Assembly (NCBI RefSeq): GCF_018977255.1
Contig: NW_024704742.1
Span: forward strand, 71,612,001 to 71,676,000
Direction: 5' to 3'
DNA: 64,000 bases
Source of the DNA: Callorhinchus milii
Lineage: Eukaryota
Shown piece by piece: positions 50,181 through 62,375 of this stretch. Each line of letters opens with the position of its first letter. Within the stretch, counting starts at the first letter, position 1. The notes below the pieces were generated by a model. The model worked only from the letters and a program-made list of their open reading frames with translations, searched no databases and was not told the DNA's origin. A program made the position numbers and the translations under genes.

Positions 50181-52287
50181 TTTATGTTTCTCTCCAACCT
50201 TTCTCTTTCTTTCCCTCTATCTTTCTAGCTCATTCTCTCTCTCTAAACTTTCTCTTTTTATCTCTCTCTGTCTCTCTCCCAACCTTTCTCTCTCTCTCAC
50301 TCTCTGCCTCCAGTCCCCACCCTGTCGAACCACAAATATTTAGCTCTCTGTCAAGACTTGATTGAATTAAAATCTTGCATTTATCCGTTGCTAACTAAAT
50401 TTATACGACTTTCCTGTAAATTTATTTAGTGACAGATGATAGTAGAACAATTCTCTGGAAAGCAGACAACACAAATAACAGAGGGTATTAGAGAAATCTG
50501 CCTTTATTTTATTGCATTGAAAGTAATAGCTTATAATAATAATAATAATTCTTATGTCTCACACAGATCCTGCAATGTTAAAATGTCTCAAAGTGTAGTG
50601 ACTGCATTTCATGGGCAATTTGTGTTCAATGAACAGCCAAAAAGTAGGCGGACTGTTTTATCTGGCGGCCACGATACAGACTCAGTTCTCTTTTCTAACA
50701 ACGCTGCGGGATCTTTAACGGCCACCTGAACAGGCAGAGATGGGGGCTTGGTTTAATGTCTCATCAGAAGGACGGCGTCTCTGACCATGCAGCGTCAGAG
50801 GAAAGGGGTATTAGCAGATCAGAGAGGCAGGGAGGTGCTGGGGTGTGAGGGGGTCTGTATGTGAGTTCATTCACCTCCGAAAACTCCGCTACCTGTATTC
50901 TTACCCGTACTAAAAACTCTGCACCTTCATCACCCCAGTCCTTGGCAGGCTGCATGAGCACCCTGTTGCAGAATGCATTGATTTCAAGATCCTCACACTC
51001 ATGCACAAATCCCTTCATGCCCTGGCCACTCCCTACCTATTTTGCCCACTCAACCACCCACTACCTCCGCTCGACTGGCTCCTGCTTGTCCCTCAGGCTC
51101 TCCGTTCCACCATCAGTGGCCGTAATTTCAGCCACTACGCCACAAAGCTTCGGAACTCTCTCCCTCAATCCCTCTGCCTTCCTGCCTCTTTGAAAACAGC
51201 TAACTAGAGAGGGAGGGATATAAAGAGAGCGTGAGAGATAAAGAGAGGAGAGATGGAGACCGGAAATGGAAGGAAAAGAAGGAATTAGTCTCAATGATCC
51301 CTTCAACTCTCACTTGGTTCTGCCTAATACTCAATCCTTCCGCCTTGCCTCCTCCTTCCCCATTTTGAGATCATACCTGAAGTCCTTCCTCTTCAACTGT
51401 CCCTACGGTTACCTCCTCTCCCCGGCTCAGAGTCAGGCTCCGCCACTGTTAAGCACTCCGAGACACTACCCAGTATGAAGAGCGCTGTGTAATTGCAAGT
51501 GTTTGCTGTTGTTTTTATCCTCCCACTCTCTGGAATTCCATCCCGGAGGCCTTCTGACACGCCTCCTTCCTTGCCTCCTTCAAGAGGCATCTCAAGACCT
51601 TCCAATTTGCCCTTTGTCATATTCCCACCTCCACTCTCCCTTCTCTCCACCCCTCTTGACTCCAGCCAGCAGCTCAGATGTCCAGCAACCTCTCTGAGTG
51701 AAAGGCATTTTGTACATGCAAGCTGTTGTTGTTGTTTAAAGTTGAGAGTAGCGTCACTTCCCCCCCCCCTCCCTCTTCCCAAAAAAACACTCGACTGTGC
51801 CTACTTATACAACAAGTTTCACATAGCCTGTCGTGCCTGTGATGGAGCTCTCTACTCTAATCCCATTCCCTACTCTCCTCCCATCGTGTCTGCGCTGGTG
51901 TTATCTGCGGGTGGGGTATGAAATCCCAGAATGAAACCGCAGAGTTAAATAACCCAATTAAATCACAGAGTGAACTTCAGAGTGAAACCAGAATGGAGTC
52001 ACGGAGTGAAATCCAAGTGAGGTCAGAGTGAGCTGATCAGGGAGTGAATGCGCGGTGCCGCGGTCTCTGAGCCAGGGTCAGGCTGGAAGCCGGCGACACG
52101 TCGCCGCAGCTCTCAGAGTTTTCCGTTCCGTTTAAGAATTTACTTATTTTGTTTTCTTTGAATATTTGGAGTGAAAGGCATTTGCAAAACATGATTTTGC
52201 TAACGAAATAACCCCTTAACTCCACTTAATCCGGCCTTTATATCCAAGTATTCCAGCACACACACACGCACACTGTCATGTAACCAG

Positions 52288-52304
52288 GGGTCAGACCCAG
52301 GTCA
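52288..52304 (+). promoter_or_regulatory. consensus DR5 retinoic acid response element GGGTCA-gaccc-AGGTCA
   Basis: Exact RGKTCA(n5)RGKTCA match in non-repetitive sequence; function untested. Confidence 0.5.
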
Positions 52305-52374
52305 GCAGCAGAGATGTTTGAGCCAAGGTTTGCTAACCGGCCTCAATAACCTGATGTAACCGCCTTAACTAACA

Positions 52375-52790
52375 CTATAACCCCCTCACACCAGACAACT
52401 AACAATGTAACCCCTTCACCTCTGGTGATGTACCCTATTAACCCCTTCACATACAGTAACTGATGCCGTTAACCCTTCACCGCCAATAACTATTGCTCGT
52501 TAACCCTTCCCACCCAATAACTATTGCTGTTAACCCTTCATACCCAATGACTAATGCTGTTAACCCTTCACACCCAATAACCAATGCTGTAAACCCTTCA
52601 TACCCAAGAACTAATGCTGTTAACCCTTCACCGCCAATAACTAATGCTATTAACTAACTAACACTATTCCTTCACACCCAATAGCTAACACTGTTAACCC
52701 CCTCACACCCAATAGCTAACACTGTTAACCCCCTCACACTCAACAGCTAACACTGTTAACCCCTGCACAATCCAATAAACAGCCAGTAAA
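52375..52790. repeat. degenerate 30-bp minisatellite, about 13 copies
   Basis: Unit taacccttcacacccaataactaatgctgt. Confidence 0.85.
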
Positions 52791-54724
52791 CCCTTGGATG
52801 GATGGAGGGAGGGAAGGCAGGATAGAGGTGTGGGTACAGGGAGGAAAAGGCAGTGAGATGGGATGTTATGATCTAACAGACTGGGTGGGCTCAATGGTCG
52901 CCTCCTGTGTCCTTCCCTCCGGGCTGTGTGGATGGGGGTTGCCTGCGGGGGTGGGGGGGTGGGAGTGATGGTAGAGTGTCATTGGACAGAACTCTGAAAG
53001 TGTGGAAACAAAAATAAGTCCAGCCTGCCATGATCACCATGGTAACGGCCAAAATATAGGAACATTCCTGTTTTCTTTGGATCCTGGGAATAAAAACCAG
53101 GAACATTCTGTGTAGGTGGGGGAAGTCTATTCTCCCGAACTATCCTTCCCACACCCCCAGGTCAGTGACAGCACAGGTCAGAGACAGAGTAAAGCTCCCT
53201 CTACGCTGTCCGTCCACACTTGTGTGCTTCGAATGAGATGTTAATCCAAGGTCCTGTTTGTGCCCTGATCCCAGGATGGATACACACATGCACACACTTA
53301 CCTCATCACTCTCATGCTCACACATACACACACGCTCTCAGAACCACAAGACATTCTCACTGACCCTCTCACACACTCGCACTTTCTTACACACACACAC
53401 ACACTCACTATTGTTCATCCACAAATAAGTTGTAGTTTATGTCTCTCCACTGCGCCACCTCCCCCTCCCCATCCAGAGAATTAAGTTTTATCTGAAAAAA
53501 ATTCAGAACCAAAATGTCAACGCTTGTTGTTCTGGCACAGAGCCCTTCCGCACAGAGTGGGTGTGTTGAATGGCCAGGTCTATGATACTGGCATGTGCAG
53601 TGTGTATGTTGGAGCGAGCTGGCTCAATGGGACCTGGAAGCACGTTCTGTACAAGATTGCCTCTGTGGGGCAAGCAAAATAAAGTGACTTAATCAAAGGT
53701 TTCCTGCATTGGAGACATGGCATAGAATAGAATTTATGTACATCTACATATATAATAATAATCCTAGCATTTGCCATAGCGCTTACCATATTGTTGAGAT
53801 CTTCAAAGCTCAACAGCTCACAGAAATTATTAAACAAAACACAAAATACTGCAGATGCTGGAAATCTGAAAACAAAAACAGAAGTCGCTGGGAACACACA
53901 GCAGGTCAGGCAGCATCTATGGAGAGAGGAAAATGAGTCAATGTTTTGGGTCCACGACCCTTCGTCAGAACTGGGGCATGTTGGGAGGGAGAGGCTTTTA
54001 AGCGCGAACAGAGAGGGGGGAGGCAGGACAAGGAAGATAAAGGAGAAAATGGGGTAGAGGACAGTGGATGAAAGGTTAAAGAGGTGTTAATGATGCAAAA
54101 CAAAGGGGGTGGGGGGCGGAAATTGCAACAAAACAGGCAGATCAGAGAGAGAAAAGATGTGTCTGGGACCAAGATGATGTGGTAACAGTCACAAAGAGGG
54201 GGAGGGGGAAGGTGAGCTGTTATGGTCTGAAATTGTTGAAATCTATATTGAGACCGAAGGGCTGTCTCACAGAAATTATTGTAAGGTGAATTGACTATAC
54301 TTTATGAGTGAAACATGGCAACCAATTGTGCACAGTGATGTCCCACAAACAGACGTGATTGACCAACCAAATTATTATTATCTCCAGAAAAGCGATCCAT
54401 CAATCAATTAACAACCGGGTTCCTGCTTACCGCTAGGTAAACAGAGGCGTGTGGAGTAAGGAAACTTGCCCAACATTTTACCCTGCCTGGGAATCGAACC
54501 AGGGTCCTCGCGATTGAGAGGCCATCTTCATACTCACTGCTCTCCTTGGTCCCAACCCTCAGCTCGGGTACAAAGCCCTCACTGCCCAGCATCGTGGGAA
54601 GGTGCTGTATACATACACGTTTATATTGCAGTGTAGCTTGGGGAGAAATCCAGCCCAGGGACAAATGAGTTGGTGCAAATTGGCTGCCGCATTCGACCAC
54701 AAACAACACACTGCACAATTATAT

Positions 54725-56222
54725 TACACAGTCACTACACTACACAGTCAATACACTACACCATATAGTCACTACACCATATAGTCACTGCACACAGTCA
54801 CTACACTACAGTCAATACTCTACACAGTCACTACACAGTCACTACACTACGCAGTCACAATACTACATAGTCACTACACTACGCAGTCACAACACTACAC
54901 AGTTATTGGACTACAGTCACAACACTATACTACATAGTCACTACACTACATAGTCACTGCAGTACACAGTCACTACTACATAGCCACAACACTATACAGT
55001 CACAACACTACACAGTCACTATACTGCACAGTCACTACACTACACAGGCACTACACTACGCAGTAAATACAGTAGTGTAAGTAGTGTACAGTAAATACAC
55101 TATACAGTCACAACACTATACAGTCACAACACTACACAGTCACTATACTGCACAGTCACTACACTACACAGGCACTACACTACGCAGTAAATACAGTAGT
55201 GTAAGTAGTGTACAGTAAATACACTATATAGTCACAACACGATACAGTCACAACACTACACAGTCACTACACTACACAGTCATTACACTACACAATCATT
55301 ACATTACAGTCACTACACAGTCACTACACTACACTGTACATTCACTACACTCCGCAGTCACTACACTATGCAGTCACTACACTACACAGTCACTACATTA
55401 CAGAGTCGCCTCAGTACACAGTCACAATGCTACACAGTCACACACTACAGTCACTACACTGCACAGGCACTACATTACGCAGTAACTACACTATACAGTC
55501 ACAACACTGTACAGTCACTACACAGTCACTACAAAGTCACACTACACAGCCGCTACACTACACTACACAGTCACTACACCGTCACTACACTGTCACTACT
55601 CTACACTGTCACTACACTACGCAGTCACTACACTACACAGTCACTACACAACATGGTGTAGTTCTGTGGAGTCCCGTACCTCAGTGGTTAGAGCACTTGC
55701 CTCACAAGCGAGAGACTTGGGTTCGATTCCCTGGTGGAGCGAAATGTTGGGCAAGTTTCCTTACTCCACACGCCTCTGTTTACCCAGCAGTAAATAGGAA
55801 CCCGGTTGTTAATCGATTAGTGGATCACTTTTCTGGAGATAATAATTGCTTCAAAAAAATAATGATAATAATTTAGTCACGTCAATCCACGACTATTTGT
55901 GGGACACTGCTGTGCTCAATTGGAGGCTGCGATTCGCCCACAAATATACAGTCAATTCACTTTACAGTATATTCTGTGGAGCGATTTGAGACGTCTAGAA
56001 GATGTGAAAAGCGCTATATGAAATGCAAGGATTATTATTATTATTACACAGTCACTACACTACACAGCCACTACAACTACAGTCATTACAGATTCACTAC
56101 ACTACATAGTCACTACACAATCACTGCAGTACACAGTGACTACACTACACAGTCAGTGCACTACACAGTCACTACACTATACTACAGTCATTACACTATA
56201 CTATACAGTCACTACACTATAC
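54725..56222. repeat. degenerate (CAGTCACTACACTACA)n satellite interrupted by a family A SINE at 55668-56045
   Basis: Direct inspection; includes a 124-bp higher-order duplication (55061 vs 55185). Confidence 0.9.
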
Positions 56223-57439
56223 AGAATCCTGTGAAGACCTTTGAGAAGTGAAGAGCTCCTCCGAACGTGAAAGGCGTTGCATAAAATGTAGGTTTATTAT
56301 TATATGTAGCATTCTGGGAACCATCTACTCTCCCTAAGTCTCTCTGTCTCCCTCCCTGTGCGTGTGTGTCTATGTTTCTCTCTCTCTCTCTCTTTCTCTG
56401 TGTCTCCCCCCCTCTCTCTCTGCGTATGTGTATGTGTCTGTGTGCATGTCTATCTGTCTTTGTCTCTTCTCTCTCCGTCCAGTTCTTTTTCTCTCTTTCC
56501 CTCTGTGCACATGTGTATGTCTCTCTCTCTCTCTCTCTCTGTCTGTTTCTCTCTGTCTCTCTCAGTTTCTCTCTCACTCTTTCTCTGTGTCTCTCTACCT
56601 CTTGGTCTCTGTGTATTTCTCTCTCGTTCTCTCTCGTTCTCTGAGATTGCGAAAGAAGCAGCTGAAATGTGGTTTAAGATCTTCAGTGAACAATCCTTTG
56701 GGAAATGGTAATTCCATTGGAATTTTTTGGAATTCTCGTGGGACTTTTGCAGATTTCCGAGTATGCTTTGATCTTCATTCTTTCGAATCCCGGGGGATGT
56801 CATTGGGAAAATTAGAATCCCTGCGGAATCTCATCCAAACCACAGGAATACTCAGGCATGTTGGAGACATTACCAAAGTGAGGAGCCACGTGAGAAGTTC
56901 TCTCAATGGTGCTGAGAGGGTTAAGGGTCGACCTGATCAATTGACGAAGGGTCACGGTTGGGGGGGATGGAATAGCAACTAAATATTCCTGCTGCTCAGT
57001 TAGTCAGTCAGTTGGATGCTCAATCCACGGCTGTTTGTGGTACACTGCTGTGTGCAATTGGCTGCCGCGTTTCGTCCACAAAATATACAGTTACTTCACT
57101 TTGCAATATATTCTGTGAAGCACTTTGAGACGCCTCAATGGAGTGATAAGGCGCTGTATCAAATGCAAGGATTATTATTATAAAAAAGGCAAAGGTTTGA
57201 CACTCACCTAGTCTCCAGTCTGATAGCAATCTTATACCTCCTTCACCGTTCCGGTAGAACAGTCTCAATGACGCAGAATACAGGCACAAGCCTGGCACTG
57301 ACCTCCGCTGTGTTTACTTCAATTTGGTTCTGCCACACTACCTTTGAACTTTAACCTGGATTCAAAGCTACTTCAGACTGAAGGATCAAATGTTTCCCTC
57401 CATCTCAGACTTCACACCTTCCCTGCTTTCTCGCTCCGC

Positions 57440-57640
57440 CACTGGAGCTCTCTACTGTAATCCCATTCCCTGCTCTCTCCCCATGGTGTCTGGGACGTCC
57501 TCCTGACGTGAAAGGCGCTTTATAAATGGAATCTTGTTGTTGTTGTTGTTGTTGTGCTGGTGCTCACTCCCTACTGGAGCTCTCTACTCTAATCCCATTC
57601 CCTGCTCTTTCCCCATCGTGTCCCTGCTGGTGCTCACTCA
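57440..57640 (+). repeat. dispersed ~65-bp unit ctggagctctctactctaatcccattccctgctctctccccatcgtgtctgtgctggtgctcactcccca; also near 37940-38040, 43210-43290, 45030-45150, 45590-45690, 51840-51900, 62700-62800
   Basis: Recurs as 1-2.5 copies on both strands. Confidence 0.8.
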
Positions 57641-58554
57641 TCTACTGAAACGTAGACATAGACACACACTATCTTGGTAGGATTGTGATGGGGGGCCACG
57701 GAGTCTGGTGTGGGAGAAGACACAAGCTGCAGAGTTCTGAATGTTCTGATAGAAAGTCCAGCCAGCAGAGCATTGGCGTAGTGAAGCCTGGAGAAGAGGA
57801 CAGTGTGAATGATAATAACGATCCTTGCATTTGACAAACGCCTTATCATGTTGTTGAGACATCTCAAAGCGCTTCACAGAACATACTGTAAAGTGAATTG
57901 ACTATATTTTGTGGGCAAAACGCGGCAGCCAATTGCACGCAGCAGTGTCCCACACACAGTCGTGAATTGAGTGACCAAATTATTATTTTTTTGCATGATT
58001 ATTACCCCCAGAAAGTGATCCGCCAATCAACTAACAACCAGGTTCTTACTTATTGCTAGATAAACAGGCGTGTGAAGTAAGGAAACTTGCCTAAGTTTTC
58101 CTCCGCCCAGGAATCTAACCCGTGTCCTCTCACAAGGGTTCAATGAGGGTCCCTGAATGAGGGTCTCCGCAGCCGGTGGGTGGGTGGGTGGGTGGGGGGG
58201 GGTGGGGGGCTGGGAGGGGAGAGTTAGCGGAGGTGGAGGCAATGTTATGTCATGAGGCAGCCACCTGGAGTGCGGTTTACTGTGTGTCACGGATCAGAGA
58301 GAGGACAGTCACACTGTAGGGGAGGATGCTTTTGTTTTATCTTTCCCATCAGTGCATTAAGACGATGAATGTATTTTGTTCTGCAGCGCTGAGCCTGTCG
58401 CAACCTTTTAGTTCACCGCTAAAATCTGCTTGTCTTGTTGTTTCTCATTCACTTCTTATATTACACCAGACATCTCTCAAAACCAGGTGAGAGTTCTCTG
58501 TCAGACGCCTCTTAAAAGGGCCAACTCCACGCAGAAAGGATCAAATAGTTTCTA

Positions 58555-59000
58555 AGGTGACAAGCCTGGCAACACAATGTCAGATTTGAGCCAGCCCTCT
58601 GTGATGGTCTCTAGTCTAGTTCCTGAGCCAGGCGGGTCCGCAGTATTCCAGGGCACTGCTGATGATAGCTCAGCCCAGCCTGGCTCATCGGCAGGACCTG
58701 GAATGGAGACCAGTCATTGGGGGCAGGGAATCCTCCCACTCAGCTCTTGTTAACCCGGCAAACCAAAGCCCTAACAGGTAGGATGGTCCTATCTCGACAT
58801 GCAGCAGGAAAGCTTGCCAGACAGCACTCTCAATGGCAAGCTATGTGGTTTTAACTGGTTAGATTCCAGTAATTATCCCAACGCACACTCTGGGGTCCAC
58901 AAGCCTTGGCTCTTGCCAACCTGCGCCTAATACTTTCTGGAATTAGGTGAGCAGGATTTGTCCCTCCAGGGAGAGAGTGCGCGTTCCATTCCAACAATTT
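58555..59000 (+). mobile_element. family X structured repeat, long internal copy
   Basis: Spans the middle and 3' modules of the family. Confidence 0.8.
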
Positions 59001-60789
59001 ATCACTGGAATAAAAAAATTCTTCCCCTACAGATCAGTTTTACGAATCTCGTTGGGTCTCTCAACCTGGCTCAGCGGCTTGACCCCCTCCTCAGGGTCAG
59101 GATGTTGTGAGTTTAATCGCTCCCATCCAGCACGTCAGATTTTGAACTCCCAGTTCAGGCTCCAGTATAGAGCTGGGGGACGGCACAATATTAATTGCAA
59201 ACATTATTATTGTCATAAATAGAGAGAAGGTCAAAGTGTCTCACAGGATTTACTGTAAAATGTAGTGACTGTGTGTTTTGTGGGTGAACGCAGCAGCCAA
59301 GTTTTGCAGCAATATCCTGCAAATAGCTATGCAGTGAGTGACTGATTGTATCTGGGGGATTGCCAGCCAGGACACCAGGAGAGAGAAACTACCTTCTCTT
59401 TCTCAATAGCACCGTGGGATCTTTAACATCCACATGAACAGGGCACAACTAAGGATTTATACAGGTTATGTGCCACCTGGACCTGGTTGGATTTATATTC
59501 TCTGTACCTATTGGAGTCCTGTAGCATAGTAGTTAGAACCTTGGCCTCGCAAGCAAGAGGATGAAGGTTCAATTCCCGGGCAGGGCAAAACCTTGAGCAA
59601 GTTTCCTTATTCCACACGCCTCTGTTTACTTAGCAATAAGTAGGAACCCAGTTGTTATTCGATTGGCCGATTACTTTCTGGGGGTAATAAACCTTAAAAG
59701 AAAATTGGATATCACTCAATCCACGACTGTTGGTGGGCCCTGCTGTGCACAATTGGCTGGCGCATTTCACCCTTAAAATACACAGTCAATTCACTTTACA
59801 ATATATTCTGTATATTGGTCTGGTCTCTCTGTTCCTCTGTCCCTTACAAAACGTTACCATGTCACGTGACCTTGCCTTCTCCATTCTTCCTCCCAAAACA
59901 TATACACTCTCCGATTTTTACTCTGTACACTTTATCCTCAACCCTCTCATCCCACCTGACTTCTGTGACCTCCTTCAATCCAACCGACCCACTCGCTCCC
60001 TCCTCTCACTAGTCTACTTCATGTCCCCCACCCTACTCACCCCACCATCTGCAGCTGGGCTCTAAGCCATTCTGCCGCCACCCCCCCCCCCACCCTCTGG
60101 AACTCCATCCCATGATCCGTCCGACTCCCTACCTCCATCACCTCATTCAAGGCCTGACTGTGCTGTCGGACGTCTTTCCCCCATCCCCTCCCTAACCCAT
60201 AATACGAATGGTGCTCAGTATATAATTGCAAGTTGTTGTAGTTAAGTCCCATTCCTCTGCTCTTTCCCCCACCCCTTTTGTATACTTCTTTTTAGCTATC
60301 TATCTAGTTCCCTTTTTGAAAGCGAATATGGATTCTGCCTCAACCATCGCTCCCGACAGGATATTCCATATCCTAACCACTCTGGGTCTGATAAATTCTC
60401 CTAACGTCTCCGTTTGCTCGTTACTAACTATCTCACATTGATGCCCTCTAATTACTGACTCACTGACTAGTGGAAATAATGTCTCCCTATTGACTCTATC
60501 AAAACCTCTTACCACTTTAAAGACCTTGATCAAGTCTCAACTCTCACAGTAATACATGCCTAGTAAACTCATCAACTGTTTCGTAAAATTACCTCATTGT
60601 TTCTGCTAAATGTGCTTCTAAGTAACAAAACAATCCACTTACAGTAAATTCTGTGAAGTTTCTCATCTTGTTGAGAGCATGTCTTGAAACACTTAATTTA
60701 CATTTACTGTAAAGTATCATTTGTGCAATCACTGCACTTTACAGTAAATCCTGTGAAGCGCTTTGATACATTCTCTTGACGTGAAAGGT

Positions 60790-61022
60790 GGTATTAGCAG
60801 GTCACAAAGATAGGGAAGAGCAAGGCTGTGGAGGGCTTCGAAGGTGAGGACAAGGATTTTGAACTCTGTCCTCTGAAGGAATGGGGAATCGGGCGAAGGT
60901 GGGTGTGATAGGGTCATGGAGCCTGGTGCGGGAGAGGACACGAGCTGCAGAGTTCTGAATAATCTGCAGCTTGTGGAGGGAAGAGTTGGGAAGGTCGGCG
61001 AACAGAGAGTTAGCGTAGTCAA
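60790..61022 (-). mobile_element. L2 LINE fragment; a CR1 fragment (-) lies at about 60290-60535
   Basis: FDYANSLFADLPNSSLHKLQIIQNSAARVL; CR1 peptide IKVFKVVRGFDRVNRETLFPLV..RVVRIWNIL. Confidence 0.8.
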
Positions 61023-61854
61023 ACAAACAAATGTAACCTGAAAGCATGCATGGTATATCAAATACAGCTTCACCTCAAGGCTTTGCCTATAAACTCAGTC
61101 ATGACACCTTCCTGGAAACACTACAGGCGACTGTGGCAGACAATTCACACACAGCAGCGTCCCACAAACAGCTGTGATGTGAGCGACCGATTTTATCCGG
61201 GAGATTGATGACCAGGACACAGGAAGAGAGAAACTTTCTTATCTTTCCCCAACAGCATCACAGGATTTTTAACATCCACCTGAACAGGCACAGACAGGAG
61301 CTTGCTTTAATAATATAATAATAATCTTTGCATTTGATATAGCGTCTTACAACAATGTTCAGATGTATCAAAGCGCTTCACAGAATATACTGTAAAGTGG
61401 ATTGACTACATATTTTGTGAGCAAAATAGGGCAGCCAATTGCACACAATAGTGTTCCACAAACAGTCATGGATTGAGTAATCCAATTTTGTTTTTGAAGG
61501 GATTATTACCCCTGGAAAGTGTTCCTCCAATCAACTAACAAATAGGTTCTTACTTACTGCTGGTACACTGAGCAGGTAATATCTCATCTGAAGGACGGTG
61601 TCTCCAATGATGTGTTGCTCCACCCAGCACTGCGCTGGAGCATCAGCCAAGACTATGAGCGCAGAGATTCTGACTGGTGGGCGGTGCAGGTGTGTGTGTG
61701 GTAGGGGTGTGTGGGTGAGGTGTGGGGGCTTGAACCTACAACCGTGTAACGCAGCAGCAAATGTGTGAGCGACTAAGCCAGACTATCCCCCCTCCACTTC
61801 CCCCCCCACCTCGCATGCACACTCACCTGGGAGATACCAATCTCCTTGTACACC

Positions 61855-62375
61855 AATCACAGAAAGTTAGTCTGCAGGTGCAGCAGCAATTAGGAAGGCG
61901 AACGGTATGTGAGCTTTCATTATGAAAGGATTAGAGTATAAGAGTAGGGAAGTCTTGCTGCAACCGTATAGGGCCCTGGTCAGACCACACCTGGAATACT
62001 GTGTGCAGTTTTGGTCTCCTTATTGAAGGAAGGATGTACTTGCCTTGGAGGGAGTGCAGCATAGATTTACTAGGTCAGTACCAGGGATGAAGGGGATGAG
62101 TTACGAGGATAGGCTGACCAATTTGGGCCTATATTCTCTCGAACATAGAAGAATTAGAGGGGATCTTATAAAAACCTATAAGATCATCAAAGGGTATGAT
62201 AGAGTAGATAGTGGGAGATTGTTTCCCCTGGTTGGAGAAACTAAAACCAGGGGTCAGAACCTTAAAATCAGAGGTCATTAGCTGGAGTTAGATTAGAAGA
62301 TCAGCCATGATTGAATGGCGGGGCAGGGTCGAAGGGCCAAATGGCCTACTCCTGCTCCTACATGTTATGTTATGT
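61855..62375 (+). mobile_element. CR1 LINE 3' fragment with tail
   Basis: YRALVRPHLEYCVQFWSPY*..LEGVQHRFTR..YEDRL..LGLYSLEHRRIRGDLIKTYKIIKG; tail gaagggccaaatggcctactcctgctcc. Confidence 0.92.

Noticed and set aside
61821..61839. U1 snRNA 5' end-like actcacctgggagatacca
   Set aside because: Short gapped match with no continuation into U1 stem-loops or the Sm site.
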